Part shown: one piece after another, positions 44,334 through 54,441 of the stretch
How the letters are laid out: each line of letters opens with the position of its first letter
Position numbering within the stretch: position 1 is the stretch's first letter
Source of the DNA: Bacteroidales bacterium
GTDB taxonomy: Bacteria; Bacteroidota; Bacteroidia; Bacteroidales; P3
Direction of reading: 5' to 3'
DNA length: 64,000 nucleotides
NCBI GenBank assembly: GCA_024400565.1
Contig: JAKSMQ010000005.1
Span: 651-64,650, forward strand
Notes under the pieces: generated by a model
Seen by the model: the letters and a program-made list of their open reading frames with translations, nothing else
The model's database searches: none
Told to the model about the DNA's origin: nothing
Translations under genes and position numbers: made by a program

Positions 44334-45734
44334 ATGAAAAAGACCATTCTGATTATACTCCTTTTGCTGCTGACCATCGTGTCGAATGCAAAAGACTACA
44401 ATATAACTCATTTCGGCGCGCGTGGCGATGGCATCATGCTATGCACGTCTACTATCCAGCATGCCATCGACTTCGTCTCACAAGAGGGTGGGGGACGTAT
44501 TGTTTTTCCCCAAGGAACCTATCTCTGTGGTTCTATCTATATGAAGAATGGCGTAGAGTTGCATCTGAAGAAAGGTGCCGTTCTGTTGGGAAGTACCAAT
44601 GTATTTGACTATGTTAGGGATTCTGTCACCCGTTGGCATTCTTTCATCCATGCTGTAGGGGTGGAACATATAGCTATTACAGGCAAAGGAACTATTGACG
44701 GACAAGGTTTCAAGGTGGCCAACTCGATGGTAGACTACATTCATAAAGGGCTGGTAAAGGATGCCTTAAAATATGATAGGCCTAATGAGACCAACCGTCC
44801 GGGAAACATCTATTTCCGCAATTGTAGAAATGTATTGGTAAGAGATATTACCCTCAAGGATCCGGGTTGCTGGTGTCAGACCTACGACCGATGCGAGGAC
44901 CTCACAATAGAGGGAATAAAGGTGGATGCCTGCTGCTATTGGAATAACGACGGATTGGATATTGTGGACTGCAAGAGGGTATGGGTAAGGAATTGCAATA
45001 TCAATTCGAGCGACGATGCTATCTGTCTCAAGAGTCATTCCAAGGACTATTGTTGCGACTCCATCCTCATAGAACATTGTGTTGCCCGTTCGTCGGCCAA
45101 TGGAATCAAGTTCGGAACGATGTCGTTGGGAGGTTTTCGCAACATAGTTATCCGCAACATCAAGGTATATGATACCTATCGGTCGGCTATTACCCTGGCT
45201 TCTGTCGATGGAGGATTTGTGGAGAATATCAGCATATCCGATATAAAGGCTGAGAATGTGGGTAATGCTATCTTCTTGCGCATAGGCAACCGACGGGGCG
45301 ATCTGAGCAGAGCCAGGATGGAGAATGTCGCTATAAGCAATATAGATTGTACCATAGCAGCCGACAAGCCTGATAAGGGTTATCGTTATGAAGGCCCTAT
45401 AGAGGATTTGCCCCGCAATATTTCTCCTGCCATTATCATAGTCGGATTGCCCGATAGGCCTATTGGAAAGGTCTCTTTGAGGAATATCCATGTAATCCAC
45501 CCTGGTGGTGGAGACTCTACCTATGCCTACTATCCCAAAGAGAGATGGAACGAATTGCCCACTTTGGAAAAGCAATATCCCGAGTTCTCTATGTGGAAGG
45601 AACTGCCAGCCTGGGGTATTTGTGTGTTGCATGCCAATGTGACTTGTTATGGTCCCTTAGATCTCAGATGCCTTCGCCCCGACTACAGGGTTGAGAAAAT
45701 AGGAGAGATAGTTGTCCGTCCGATAGATAAATAG
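44334..45734 (+). CDS. glycoside hydrolase family 28 (polygalacturonase-like beta-helix)
   Basis: Signal peptide, then YNITHFGARGDG, NNDGLDIVDC, SSDDAICLKS and GIKFGT, the GH28 catalytic motif series. Confidence 0.85.
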   Translation: MKKTILIILLLLLTIVSNAKDYNITHFGARGDGIMLCTSTIQHAIDFVSQEGGGRIVFPQGTYLCGSIYMKNGVELHLKKGAVLLGSTNVFDYVRDSVTRWHSFIHAVGVEHIAITGKGTIDGQGFKVANSMVDYIHKGLVKDALKYDRPNETNRPGNIYFRNCRNVLVRDITLKDPGCWCQTYDRCEDLTIEGIKVDACCYWNNDGLDIVDCKRVWVRNCNINSSDDAICLKSHSKDYCCDSILIEHCVARSSANGIKFGTMSLGGFRNIVIRNIKVYDTYRSAITLASVDGGFVENISISDIKAENVGNAIFLRIGNRRGDLSRARMENVAISNIDCTIAADKPDKGYRYEGPIEDLPRNISPAIIIVGLPDRPIGKVSLRNIHVIHPGGGDSTYAYYPKERWNELPTLEKQYPEFSMWKELPAWGICVLHANVTCYGPLDLRCLRPDYRVEKIGEIVVRPIDK

Positions 45735-45741
45735 TGACAGT

Positions 45742-46206
45742 ATGATGAAACACTTGATATTAACTTTGTTCCTCCTATGCTCTTGGGCGACTTTTGCCCA
45801 ACAGTATAATGCTTCTCTCTTTGGAATCAAGAGCGATGGGACTACCAATAATACAGGCTCCATCAATCGTGCGATGGTTTACATTAGCGAGAATGGAGGC
45901 GGAGAACTCCATTTCTATGTAGGCCGCTACCTTACGGGTACTATAGAGATAAAAGAGAATGTGAAGATAGTCTTGCACGAAGGGGCTGTAATCCTTGGCA
46001 GTACCAATCCCTACGACTATCCTCAGGCTTCTTTGCTCTATTCCCAAAAGGAAAACCGAATAGAAGGCACGGGTGTGATAGATACGCAACAGGAGGAGTT
46101 GAAGAAGAACTTCGCCGATCAGCTAAAGAAAGGATTCGTTCAAGGACCGGTACCCACTCCCCTAAGCGGCACAATTACAACAGATTCAACCATAATAATA
46201 AAATAG
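45742..46206 (+). CDS. short secreted paralogue of the GH28 N-terminal cap only (possible gene remnant)
   Basis: 154 aa with a signal peptide. YNASLFGIKSDGTTNNTGSINRAMVYISENGGGELHFYVGRYLTGTIEIKENVKIVLHEGAVILGSTNPYDY aligns by eye with residues about 22-95 of the preceding GH28. It lacks all catalytic motifs. Its stop lies 1 nt before the GH92 ATG. Confidence 0.5.
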   Translation: MMKHLILTLFLLCSWATFAQQYNASLFGIKSDGTTNNTGSINRAMVYISENGGGELHFYVGRYLTGTIEIKENVKIVLHEGAVILGSTNPYDYPQASLLYSQKENRIEGTGVIDTQQEELKKNFADQLKKGFVQGPVPTPLSGTITTDSTIIIK

Positions 46207-46207
46207 A

Positions 46208-48685
46208 ATGAAAAGGCTGGTTCTCTCCCTTGTGGCACTTTGTCTCTCTTTGAGCGTTGTAGCCCAGAGCAACAAAATGCAGTATGTCAATCCCTTTATC
46301 GGTACCAATGGCATGGGTCATACATTCCCCGGAGCCTGTTACCCTTATGGCTCTGTACAATTGAGCCCCGATACCGATACCATTCCCCACAACGTGAATG
46401 GTGTCTATCAGCCCCGAGCCTATGATTATTGTGCAGGCTATCAGTATAGAGACAACACGATTGTCGGTTTCTGCCACACTCATTTCAGTGGAACAGGCCA
46501 TAGTGACTTGGGTGATTTCCTTATTATGCCCTATAGTGGCGAGACGAAACTCAATCCAGGGACCAAGGAGAATCCTGATGGGGGATACCGCCAACGCTAT
46601 CGCCACGAGACAGAAGTGGCCCGTCCGGGCTATTATGCCGTAACGCTCGACGACGACAATATCCGTTGCGAGCTTACAGCCACCCCTCATTGTGGCGTAC
46701 ATCGCTACATCTTTCCCAAGGGAGCAGCCCAAAAGATAATCCTCGATCTCAACCATGGCATCTACAACTACGAAGGCAAGACCCTCTGGGCACAATGCAA
46801 CGTGACGAGATTTGGATTCGACGCCGGCAGCAGCAGTCCCGTTGTGAAGGGCTACCGCCTCACCAATGGCTGGAGCCGAACCAACTACACCTATTTTGCC
46901 ATCAGCTTCAATAAGAATATTAAAAGCTACGGTTGCAAGGACTTTTTCCGCAACGGCTATCGTGGTTTCTGGGATAAATTCGATACCGAGCACGACTTCC
47001 CCGAGATGGGTGGCCGCAAGCTGGTAACCTGGTTTGAATTTGAGGACGACGGCAACGATACGCTGGTGATCTTTGTGGGACTTTCGTCAACAGGGATGAA
47101 TGCTGCGTTCCAAAATATGTTTAAAGACCAATTTGCTATAAATCAGGATGGATTGCAAATGTTTAATCAATACGATTTCGACAAACAGCTATCCAATACA
47201 ATATCGGCTTGGGAAAAACGCCTCTCTACCATCGAGTGCAAAGGAACACCTGACCAGCAGACTATGCTATATACTTCGCTCTACCACACGCTCATCAACC
47301 CCTCACTCTATCAGGATGCTAAGGGTACCTACCGAGGAGTGGACCAGGAGATTCACCAATCGCCCCAAGGCCGCACAAACTACACGGTCTTCTCTCTTTG
47401 GGACACCTACCGGGCTCTGCATCCGCTCCTTACCCTTCTCGACACCACGCTGGTGCTTGACATCGCCCAATCGTTTGGCAATCACTATGCCCAGAGTCCT
47501 CACCATCTGCTCCCTGTATGGAGCCACATGGGTAGCGAGAACTGGTGTATGATAGGCTATCATGGTGTATCTGTTTTGATGGATGCCCTTCAGAAAGGAA
47601 TCCTGGACGCGGTATCGTCGTCTCAAAATGTGGAATTGCCATTGATGGTAGTCTCTTCCTCAAACCGCGACTATTACGGCGGTACAGACGACTACAAGCA
47701 ACTGGGATTTGTGCCTGTGGACAAGAACCGTTCGGGAACCAGTATCACCCTCGAGAACGCCTATGAGGACTGGACCATCTATAGGGGCATGGAACAATGG
47801 GGCGAGGCAGTCTACCGGTCCACAATTGAGCAGAACACAGAGGCCTGGGGCGCAGAAGAGGCCGCACGAATTGCAGAAATGGAGCGTAAGGCCTACCTCG
47901 CGGCCGCTGAGATCTATAAGCAGAGGGCGTTGAACTATCGCAACGTGTTCGATACCACCATAGGATTTGCCCGTGCCCGCTATTCCGACAGCTCGTGGAA
48001 GCAGGACTACTCGCTACTCTCAACCTCCGAACTCGGCCTCGTGGAGGGCAACGCCTGGAACTATTCCTTCTATGTGCCTCACGATGTGAACGGACTCATG
48101 CGGCTGATGGGTGGCGAGAAGCGCTTTGTGGAAAAACTCGACACGCTCTTCACTATGCACGTGCCCGATGAGTTCTTTGCTGAGACCGAAGATGTTACCC
48201 GCGAGGGCATGCTGGGCGGCTATGTGCATGGCAACGAGCCCAGCCACCATATTCCTTACCTCTATATGTGGACCTCCCAGCCCTGGAAGACCCAATATTG
48301 GGTACGAGAAATCATGAACCGCATGTATCGCAACCATATCGACGGCCTCTGCGGAAACGACGACTGCGGCCAGATGAGCGCCTGGTACATTTTCTCGGCC
48401 ATGGGTTTCTATCCTGTCTGCCCGGGAAGTGGCGAATATGTAATCGGAGCCCCTTATATGCCATATATGAAAGTGCGTTTGGCCAATGGCAACAGTCTCG
48501 AAATCAAAGCCCCCAAGGTAAGTGACAAGAACCGCTATATCCAGAGCATCAGGCTGAATGGTAAGCCTTACCGCAAGGCCTATTTCACTCATTCGGATAT
48601 CATGGAGGGAGCCGTCCTTGAGTTTGAGATGGGTTCGCGACCCAACCGCAAATGGTTTACCGATAAGCCCTATTCGATGGAATAG
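46208..48685 (+). CDS. glycoside hydrolase family 92 (alpha-mannosidase)
   Basis: VNPFIGTNGMGHTFPGA, GFCHTHFSGTG, FSLWDTYRALHPL, GNEPSHHIPYLY and GNDDCGQMSAWY are GH92 hallmark motifs. Confidence 0.9.
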   Translation: MKRLVLSLVALCLSLSVVAQSNKMQYVNPFIGTNGMGHTFPGACYPYGSVQLSPDTDTIPHNVNGVYQPRAYDYCAGYQYRDNTIVGFCHTHFSGTGHSDLGDFLIMPYSGETKLNPGTKENPDGGYRQRYRHETEVARPGYYAVTLDDDNIRCELTATPHCGVHRYIFPKGAAQKIILDLNHGIYNYEGKTLWAQCNVTRFGFDAGSSSPVVKGYRLTNGWSRTNYTYFAISFNKNIKSYGCKDFFRNGYRGFWDKFDTEHDFPEMGGRKLVTWFEFEDDGNDTLVIFVGLSSTGMNAAFQNMFKDQFAINQDGLQMFNQYDFDKQLSNTISAWEKRLSTIECKGTPDQQTMLYTSLYHTLINPSLYQDAKGTYRGVDQEIHQSPQGRTNYTVFSLWDTYRALHPLLTLLDTTLVLDIAQSFGNHYAQSPHHLLPVWSHMGSENWCMIGYHGVSVLMDALQKGILDAVSSSQNVELPLMVVSSSNRDYYGGTDDYKQLGFVPVDKNRSGTSITLENAYEDWTIYRGMEQWGEAVYRSTIEQNTEAWGAEEAARIAEMERKAYLAAAEIYKQRALNYRNVFDTTIGFARARYSDSSWKQDYSLLSTSELGLVEGNAWNYSFYVPHDVNGLMRLMGGEKRFVEKLDTLFTMHVPDEFFAETEDVTREGMLGGYVHGNEPSHHIPYLYMWTSQPWKTQYWVREIMNRMYRNHIDGLCGNDDCGQMSAWYIFSAMGFYPVCPGSGEYVIGAPYMPYMKVRLANGNSLEIKAPKVSDKNRYIQSIRLNGKPYRKAYFTHSDIMEGAVLEFEMGSRPNRKWFTDKPYSME

Positions 48686-48979
48686 AGTAGGGGAGAGCCC
48701 GAAAAAAACAGAAGAAACGCCTGTCGTATCGGCCTAGACAGCATATAACCTCCACCTTCTCTCCACTCAATCGGCACTCAATTCCCACTTTTTAACATTT
48801 GGGTGGACTTTGTGTGGAAGTAATGTGGACAGAATGCAGACCCTGGGTGCCGTCGGCCCGAAGGCAAGAGTCCGTCCTCAGCCGTAAATAACATATAAAG
48901 GAACCAGTCATAAAAAAGCAGAACAGGAGACTGTCTTTCGGCAGAAAAATATTTTTTCATAGTATTGACAAATATTTCG

Positions 48980-48987
48980 TATCTTTG
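48980..48987 (+). promoter_or_regulatory. candidate -7 box (TATCTTTG) for the DPP-IV gene
   Basis: TAnnTTTG match about 108 nt upstream of the ATG at 49095. Confidence 0.45.
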
Positions 48988-49094
48988 CAGACCGAATGGC
49001 CTTGTGCGGAAAGACGTACGGTTTCAGTTGGACGCTGTGTTACAATGCAATGTGTCCGCAACATCTGTTAATTGTGAAATAAATATATTGCAAT

Positions 49095-51275
49095 ATGAAG
49101 AAACTTCTTTTAACCTTTGCCTGCATGGCTACCCTCTTTTCGAGTGTAGTCCTAGCCCAGGGAACCAAACAAATTACCCTCGAGGATATCTGGGCCTCCG
49201 GAAAATTCTATCCCCAGAGTGTTATGGATATCCGTTCGATGAACGACGGCGAACACTATTGCATCCGCACCCGTCAGGGCATAGAAAAATACGCCTATAA
49301 GACTGGCGAACGCGTAGAGCTTGTTTGCAATTTCACAGCCAAACAGTCGCTCAAGGCCAAGCCTCTGCCTCCTTTCAGCGACTACACATTCTCTGCCGAC
49401 GAGCAGAAGATCCTGCTCGAGACAGGTTTCGAGCCCATCTACCGTCATAGCGGTGTGGCCGATTACTATATCTACGACGTGAAGGAACAGTCCTTTACCA
49501 AGATTTCTGTCAATGGCAAACAGCGTCTTACAACCCTCTCTCCTGATGGCAAGATGGTTGCCTTTGTTCGCGATAACAACCTCTATACTCTCGACCTTGC
49601 CACCCTCGAAGAGCATCAGATTACCTCCGACGGCAAGATGAATGAGATTATCAACGGAACCACCGACTGGGTTTACGAAGAGGAGTTTGCCATCACCCAG
49701 GGCTTCTATTGGAGTCCCGACAGCAAGAAGATTGCCTTCTATCGCTTCGACGAGAGCAAGGTAAAGGAATTTACCATGCAGTATTGGGGCGAGCTCTATC
49801 CCGACAACTATACCTACAAATATCCCAAGGCCGGCGAAGACAATTCGGTAGTAGACGTACTTGTCTACGATCTCGCTACCGGTAAGACTCTCAAACTCGA
49901 CATTGGCAGTCAGAACGACCAGTATATGCCCCGTATGCAATGGACCAACGATGCCAACACGCTGGCCCTCATGCGTATGAATCGCCTTCAAAATAAGATG
50001 GAACTCCTTCTGGCCGATGCCGCTTCGGGTGCCATCCGTCCCCTCCTTACCGAAACCAGCGACACCTATGTCGATGTTCCCGATACATGGGTCTTCCTCA
50101 AAGATGGAAAACATATGCTTCTTACCTCCGAGAAAGACGGTTACAACCACATCTATATGTACGACCTGCAGGGCAACCTGGTACGTCAGATTACCAACGG
50201 AACCTTCGACGTCAAGGCTATCTGTGGCATAGACGAGAAGAAGGGCAATATCTATTACACCTCTCACGAGAGCAGCCCCATCAATACCGACCTCTATATG
50301 ATTGACTTCAAGGGCAAGAAGAAAGTATCCCTTACCCAGGAGAAAGGTACCTACAGCGCCGCTTTCAGCAAAGGCTGCAAATACTACATCCAGACCTACA
50401 GCAACGCCAACCACGCTCCCGTTTACACGCTCCACGACAGCAAAGGCAAGATGGTTAAGGTGCTCGAGGACAACGCTCAGCTGCAGCAGACTATGGCCGA
50501 ATATGGCGCAGGCCGCAAGCAGTTTGGCTCCTTCAAGGCCAGCCACGGTACCGAGCTCAACTATTATATGATTCTTCCTCCCGACTTCGACTCCACCAAG
50601 CAGTATCCTCTGTTCTTCTTCGTATATGGCGGCCCCGGCAACCAGCAGGTCAACAATAGCTACGGCTATATGGATTACTTCTGGCATCATATGCTCTCCC
50701 AGAAGGGCTACATCGTATGCTGTTTCGATGGTCGCGGAACCGGTGGCCGTGGAGCCGCTTTCAAGAAATGTACCTACAAGAATCTTGGAAAATACGAATG
50801 CGAAGATGCTATCGAGGCAGCCAGATATTTCGGCGCTAAGAGCTGGGTCGACGAGAGCCGTATAGGCATCTTCGGCTGGAGCTTTGGCGGTTACCTCTCC
50901 ACACTCTCCATCCTCAAGGGCAACGATGTGTTCAAGAGCGCAATAGCTGTGGCTCCCGTAACCACCTGGCGTTATTATGACAACATCTACACCGAGCGTT
51001 TCCTCCAGCGTCCCCAGGACAATGCTCAAGGCTACGACCTCAACTCGCCCATCAACTATGCCGATCAGCTCAAGGGCAACTACCTCCTCATTCATGGTAC
51101 TGGCGATGACAACGTCCATTTTCAGAATGCCCTCGACCTCATTACCGCTCTCAACAAGGCCAACAAGCAGTTCGAGATGCGCGTCTATCCCAACAAGAAC
51201 CACAGCATCTACGGCGGCAACACCCGTCTCAACCTCTACGAGCTGATGACAGACTTCATCCTCCGCAAGCTCTAG
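49095..51275 (+). CDS. dipeptidyl-peptidase IV (S9B family serine peptidase)
   Basis: Signal peptide, an N-terminal beta-propeller (DWVYEEEF) and the catalytic GWSFGGY Ser motif, with downstream LIHGTGDDNVHFQN. Confidence 0.9.
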   Translation: MKKLLLTFACMATLFSSVVLAQGTKQITLEDIWASGKFYPQSVMDIRSMNDGEHYCIRTRQGIEKYAYKTGERVELVCNFTAKQSLKAKPLPPFSDYTFSADEQKILLETGFEPIYRHSGVADYYIYDVKEQSFTKISVNGKQRLTTLSPDGKMVAFVRDNNLYTLDLATLEEHQITSDGKMNEIINGTTDWVYEEEFAITQGFYWSPDSKKIAFYRFDESKVKEFTMQYWGELYPDNYTYKYPKAGEDNSVVDVLVYDLATGKTLKLDIGSQNDQYMPRMQWTNDANTLALMRMNRLQNKMELLLADAASGAIRPLLTETSDTYVDVPDTWVFLKDGKHMLLTSEKDGYNHIYMYDLQGNLVRQITNGTFDVKAICGIDEKKGNIYYTSHESSPINTDLYMIDFKGKKKVSLTQEKGTYSAAFSKGCKYYIQTYSNANHAPVYTLHDSKGKMVKVLEDNAQLQQTMAEYGAGRKQFGSFKASHGTELNYYMILPPDFDSTKQYPLFFFVYGGPGNQQVNNSYGYMDYFWHHMLSQKGYIVCCFDGRGTGGRGAAFKKCTYKNLGKYECEDAIEAARYFGAKSWVDESRIGIFGWSFGGYLSTLSILKGNDVFKSAIAVAPVTTWRYYDNIYTERFLQRPQDNAQGYDLNSPINYADQLKGNYLLIHGTGDDNVHFQNALDLITALNKANKQFEMRVYPNKNHSIYGGNTRLNLYELMTDFILRKL

Positions 51276-51303
51276 AAGGAATTATCAGCCGACATATATC
51301 GAA

Positions 51304-51335
51304 AGCCCAAGGACACCCTTGGGCTTTTGTTTTTT
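51304..51335 (+). terminator. rho-independent terminator after DPP-IV
   Basis: AGCCCAAGG (51304-51312) pairs with CCTTGGGCT (51317-51325), followed by TTTTGTTTTTT. Confidence 0.75.
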
Positions 51336-51853
51336 CAGACAATTTGCCGTCGCGCAATTAGAGAGCCATAATGCATGCGTCCTATAAACAGTATACCTAC
51401 GACCCCTAAACAATATACTTACACCCGATAAATAGCATGCTTGTGCAACTCAGACAACATTCACACGATCCAAAAAACAAATAGAGCACCCCCTTTTAGA
51501 CACACCAGGTGTTATCCGATAGAGACTCCCGTTGTGTTTGAGATTTTTCAACCCAGAGCATCGCGTATCAGCTACATAATGGGAAGCAGGAATATTAGTT
51601 GGTTCGAAATACGACGAACAGACGGGAGGTGCATGACGGCAATCCCTTTTCTTTTTTTTTTGTTGCATGAGTTTGTTGCAACTCAATCGCAGCGTCTCAA
51701 TGGAGGAGGCCTTTCGTGGGGACGAGTTGTTTTAGAGTGTGGGTTGTAGGGTGTTGAAAATAAAATTCTTGTAAGGTGTTGGTGACCACTTTTAGTGAGC
51801 AGAATAATCGTGAATCACTACCATTGATGAGTGTCGGAGAGTAAAGATAGTTG

Positions 51854-51861
51854 TACTTTTG
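51854..51861 (+). promoter_or_regulatory. candidate -7 box (TACTTTTG) for the porin-like/imelysin cluster
   Basis: TAnnTTTG match 31 nt upstream of the ATG at 51892. It overlaps the TTG start that the ORF track proposes at 51859. Confidence 0.5.
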
Positions 51862-51891
51862 CACCGAAAAAACAATATTTGTTATTTGTCT

Positions 51892-53181
51892 ATGAAATCA
51901 AGAATATCAATTCTTTGCATCGCATTTCTGCTGCTGTCTATCAGCGCTAAATCTCAACAGGACGGGGATACACTCCGTCGGCAGCTCCCCCCACGACTTA
52001 CTATCGGAGGATATGGCGAAGCGGTTTATAGCCGTCACATGTATAGCGACAATGTGTTCCGCTACTCTTTTGCCGACCGATATGCCGACTCTCGCGGACA
52101 TAGCCAGGTGGATATTCCCCACATGGTGATAATGATGGGCTATGATTTCGGACATGGCTGGACCATGGGTTCAGAGATTGAGTTTGAACACGGAGGAACA
52201 GAATGTGCGGTAGCGCTCGAAAGCGAGGAGACAGGTGAATACGAAAAGGAGATAGAGCGTGGTGGCGAGGTAGCCCTGGAGCAGTTCTGGATTCAGAAAA
52301 GCTGGGGGCGGGGGCTGAACCTTCGTATGGGGCACGACGTGGTGCCTGTGGGTGCTACCAATGCGGCTCATCTTCCTTCGCAATATTTCGGCGTGTACCG
52401 TCCTGAGGGAGAAGCTACTATATTGCCTTGCACCTGGCATGCTACAGGCGTGAGTGTGTGGGGCAGGATTGGCGCCTGGCGCTATGGAGTATGGCTCATC
52501 CCTTCTCTCAACTCCACTCTCTTCAGTGTAAGCAACTGGGCTGGCGGGGCTTCGGCCTCTCCCTACGAGTTCACTGTTGCCAACAAGTTAGCCCTGGCCT
52601 CCAGGGTGGATTACTATGTAACCCAAGGCGTGAGGATAGGTGTAAGTGGTTTTGTGGGCAACACGTTCAATAACGATATTGTCACCGACGAGTTCTCCAA
52701 CAAGTATTCTAATGTGAAGGCCCTGATGCTATTTGGATCGATAGATTTCAGCATAGAGAAAGGTCGCTTCACTGCTCGTGGCAACTTAGATTACGGTCAT
52801 TTGAACGATGCCGCCAAAGTGTCGGCCTACAACTCCACCCTCTCCAACAGCAGTCAGTCGCCCTATCCTCACACGCTGGTGGGCGAAGAGGCTGTGGATG
52901 CCGCCTTGGAGCTGGGTTGGAACTGGATTAATCCATCGTCTGATAAGCAGTTTGTCACCTTTGCACGTTGCGACTACTATGACAGCTATATCCCAGTGGC
53001 TGGCCTCACGGAATACGGATGGGCAAAACGGATGTGTTGGAGCGTGGGTGCAAACTACCGACCAGTGAAAGAGGTTATTCTCAAGGCTGAGGTAGGTATG
53101 CGCCAACTGCAGAAACAGTATAACAGCGAACCTTGGGTGGCGTTGGGTGTAACCTATGCAGGTCTCTTCAAATCGAACTAG
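51892..53181 (+). CDS. putative outer-membrane porin-like beta-barrel protein
   Basis: The start at the ATG at 51892 gives the signal peptide MKSRISILCIAFLLLSISAKSQQ. Beta-rich sequence ending ...GVTYAGLFKSN. Confidence 0.55.
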   Translation: MKSRISILCIAFLLLSISAKSQQDGDTLRRQLPPRLTIGGYGEAVYSRHMYSDNVFRYSFADRYADSRGHSQVDIPHMVIMMGYDFGHGWTMGSEIEFEHGGTECAVALESEETGEYEKEIERGGEVALEQFWIQKSWGRGLNLRMGHDVVPVGATNAAHLPSQYFGVYRPEGEATILPCTWHATGVSVWGRIGAWRYGVWLIPSLNSTLFSVSNWAGGASASPYEFTVANKLALASRVDYYVTQGVRIGVSGFVGNTFNNDIVTDEFSNKYSNVKALMLFGSIDFSIEKGRFTARGNLDYGHLNDAAKVSAYNSTLSNSSQSPYPHTLVGEEAVDAALELGWNWINPSSDKQFVTFARCDYYDSYIPVAGLTEYGWAKRMCWSVGANYRPVKEVILKAEVGMRQLQKQYNSEPWVALGVTYAGLFKSN

Positions 53182-53284
53182 AATGACCGACTCTCCTCTA
53201 CAGTATCTAAAATAGAATCGTATCACCTTATTTTTTAAACATCACTAATAATCGAAAATTATCAAACGTAAAATAATATCAACC

Positions 53285-54427
53285 ATGAAAAAGACACTAT
53301 TTTTAGTCCTGACAATTGCCATGTGGGGCTTTATGGGCTCCTGCGAACGTGGCGAAGCAGAAGACACCAACGATGCTGCCATGCAGGCGGTAGCAGAGCA
53401 GTATGTTAACCATGTAATTGCTCCCACCTATGGGGCATTGGCAGAAGCCAGCGAGCGGCTGGTGGAGGATCTCCGACGCCTTCAAACCTCGCGTACCGAC
53501 GCTAACGTACAGGCCGCCTGTGCCACCTTCCTCGAGGCACGTGCCTGGTGGGAGAAGAGCGAAGCATTCCTCTATGGGGCTGCCAGCGATTTCGGCATCG
53601 ACCCCCACATCGACTCGTGGCCGCTCGATGAGGATGGGTTCAACACCCTGATGAGCAACACGGCTCAGATCAATGCCATGAGCGGTGAGGATGGCGACGA
53701 GTATGCAGGCAGCTATCTGGGCAACTCGCTGCTAGGATTTCACGGCATTGAGTATATCCTGTTTGAGGATGGCCATGCCAAATCGGCTTCCCTCATCAGC
53801 GACCTGCACATGATCTATGCAGTCGCTGTGGCTGGCGACTTGCGCAACAGCTGCTTTCAGCTGGAGGTAAGCTGGATGGGAGACAAGGCTCCTGCTTCAC
53901 ATTGCGAGAAGGTTGAGGCACTGGAGCTGAACACCACCATCAATGGTGGCAACAGCTATGGTGACAACTTCACCATGGCAGGTAAGGCTGGCAGCACCTA
54001 TAGCAGTCGCACTGGTGCGATGATGGCTATCCTGGACGGCTGTGCAACCATCGCTGACGAGGTGGGCACCAGCAAGATTGGCAAACCTTACAATGGCGAG
54101 GACCCCCACTATATCGAATCGCCCTACAGCCAGAAGTCGATCGAGGATTTCTATGACAACATCATCAGCATCCAGAACGCCTACATGGGTGGCATAGAGG
54201 GCCAGCGTAACAACAGCCACTCTCTGCATGCCCTAATGGCTGAGATAGATGCTGACGTAGACGCCCGAATCACCCATGCTATTGAGAATGCCCTTGGCAA
54301 GATCAGACAGATGAAAGCCCCCTTTGTGCTCAACTACACCGACGCTTCCTGTCTGGAGGCCATCAATGCCTGCCAGCAGCTGGACGAGGCTCTCAGCATG
54401 GGCATCACTTCACTTCGCAATAATTAA
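53285..54427 (+). CDS. imelysin-family (peptidase M75-like) lipoprotein
   Basis: Lipoprotein signal ...GFMGSCE, plus HIDSWPLDE and GFHGIEYILFEDG, the imelysin GxHxxE-type motifs. Confidence 0.75.
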   Translation: MKKTLFLVLTIAMWGFMGSCERGEAEDTNDAAMQAVAEQYVNHVIAPTYGALAEASERLVEDLRRLQTSRTDANVQAACATFLEARAWWEKSEAFLYGAASDFGIDPHIDSWPLDEDGFNTLMSNTAQINAMSGEDGDEYAGSYLGNSLLGFHGIEYILFEDGHAKSASLISDLHMIYAVAVAGDLRNSCFQLEVSWMGDKAPASHCEKVEALELNTTINGGNSYGDNFTMAGKAGSTYSSRTGAMMAILDGCATIADEVGTSKIGKPYNGEDPHYIESPYSQKSIEDFYDNIISIQNAYMGGIEGQRNNSHSLHALMAEIDADVDARITHAIENALGKIRQMKAPFVLNYTDASCLEAINACQQLDEALSMGITSLRNN

Positions 54428-54441
54428 TTCCATTACATAAA

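Noticed and set aside
48778-48960. 60-aa minus-strand ORF (MKKYFSAERQ…) in the GH92/DPP-IV intergenic region.
   Set aside because: It has no signal peptide, promoter box or recognisable family, and it sits opposite the DPP-IV promoter region. The evidence is insufficient to call a gene.
49152-51203. 683-aa ORF on the minus strand, antisense to the DPP-IV gene.
   Set aside because: It is a shadow ORF. The plus-strand product has clear S9B peptidase motifs. The antisense translation is low-complexity (V/G/A/E/L-rich) and matches no family. Such long antisense frames are expected in GC-richer genes with biased codon usage.
51441-51749. 102-aa and 78-aa ORFs, and possible structured RNA, in the 580-bp spacer upstream of the porin-like gene.
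   Set aside because: The ORFs overlap on opposite strands and look random. I saw only a weak GTTGCA/TGCAAC palindrome next to a T10 run and could not support an ncRNA call from sequence alone.
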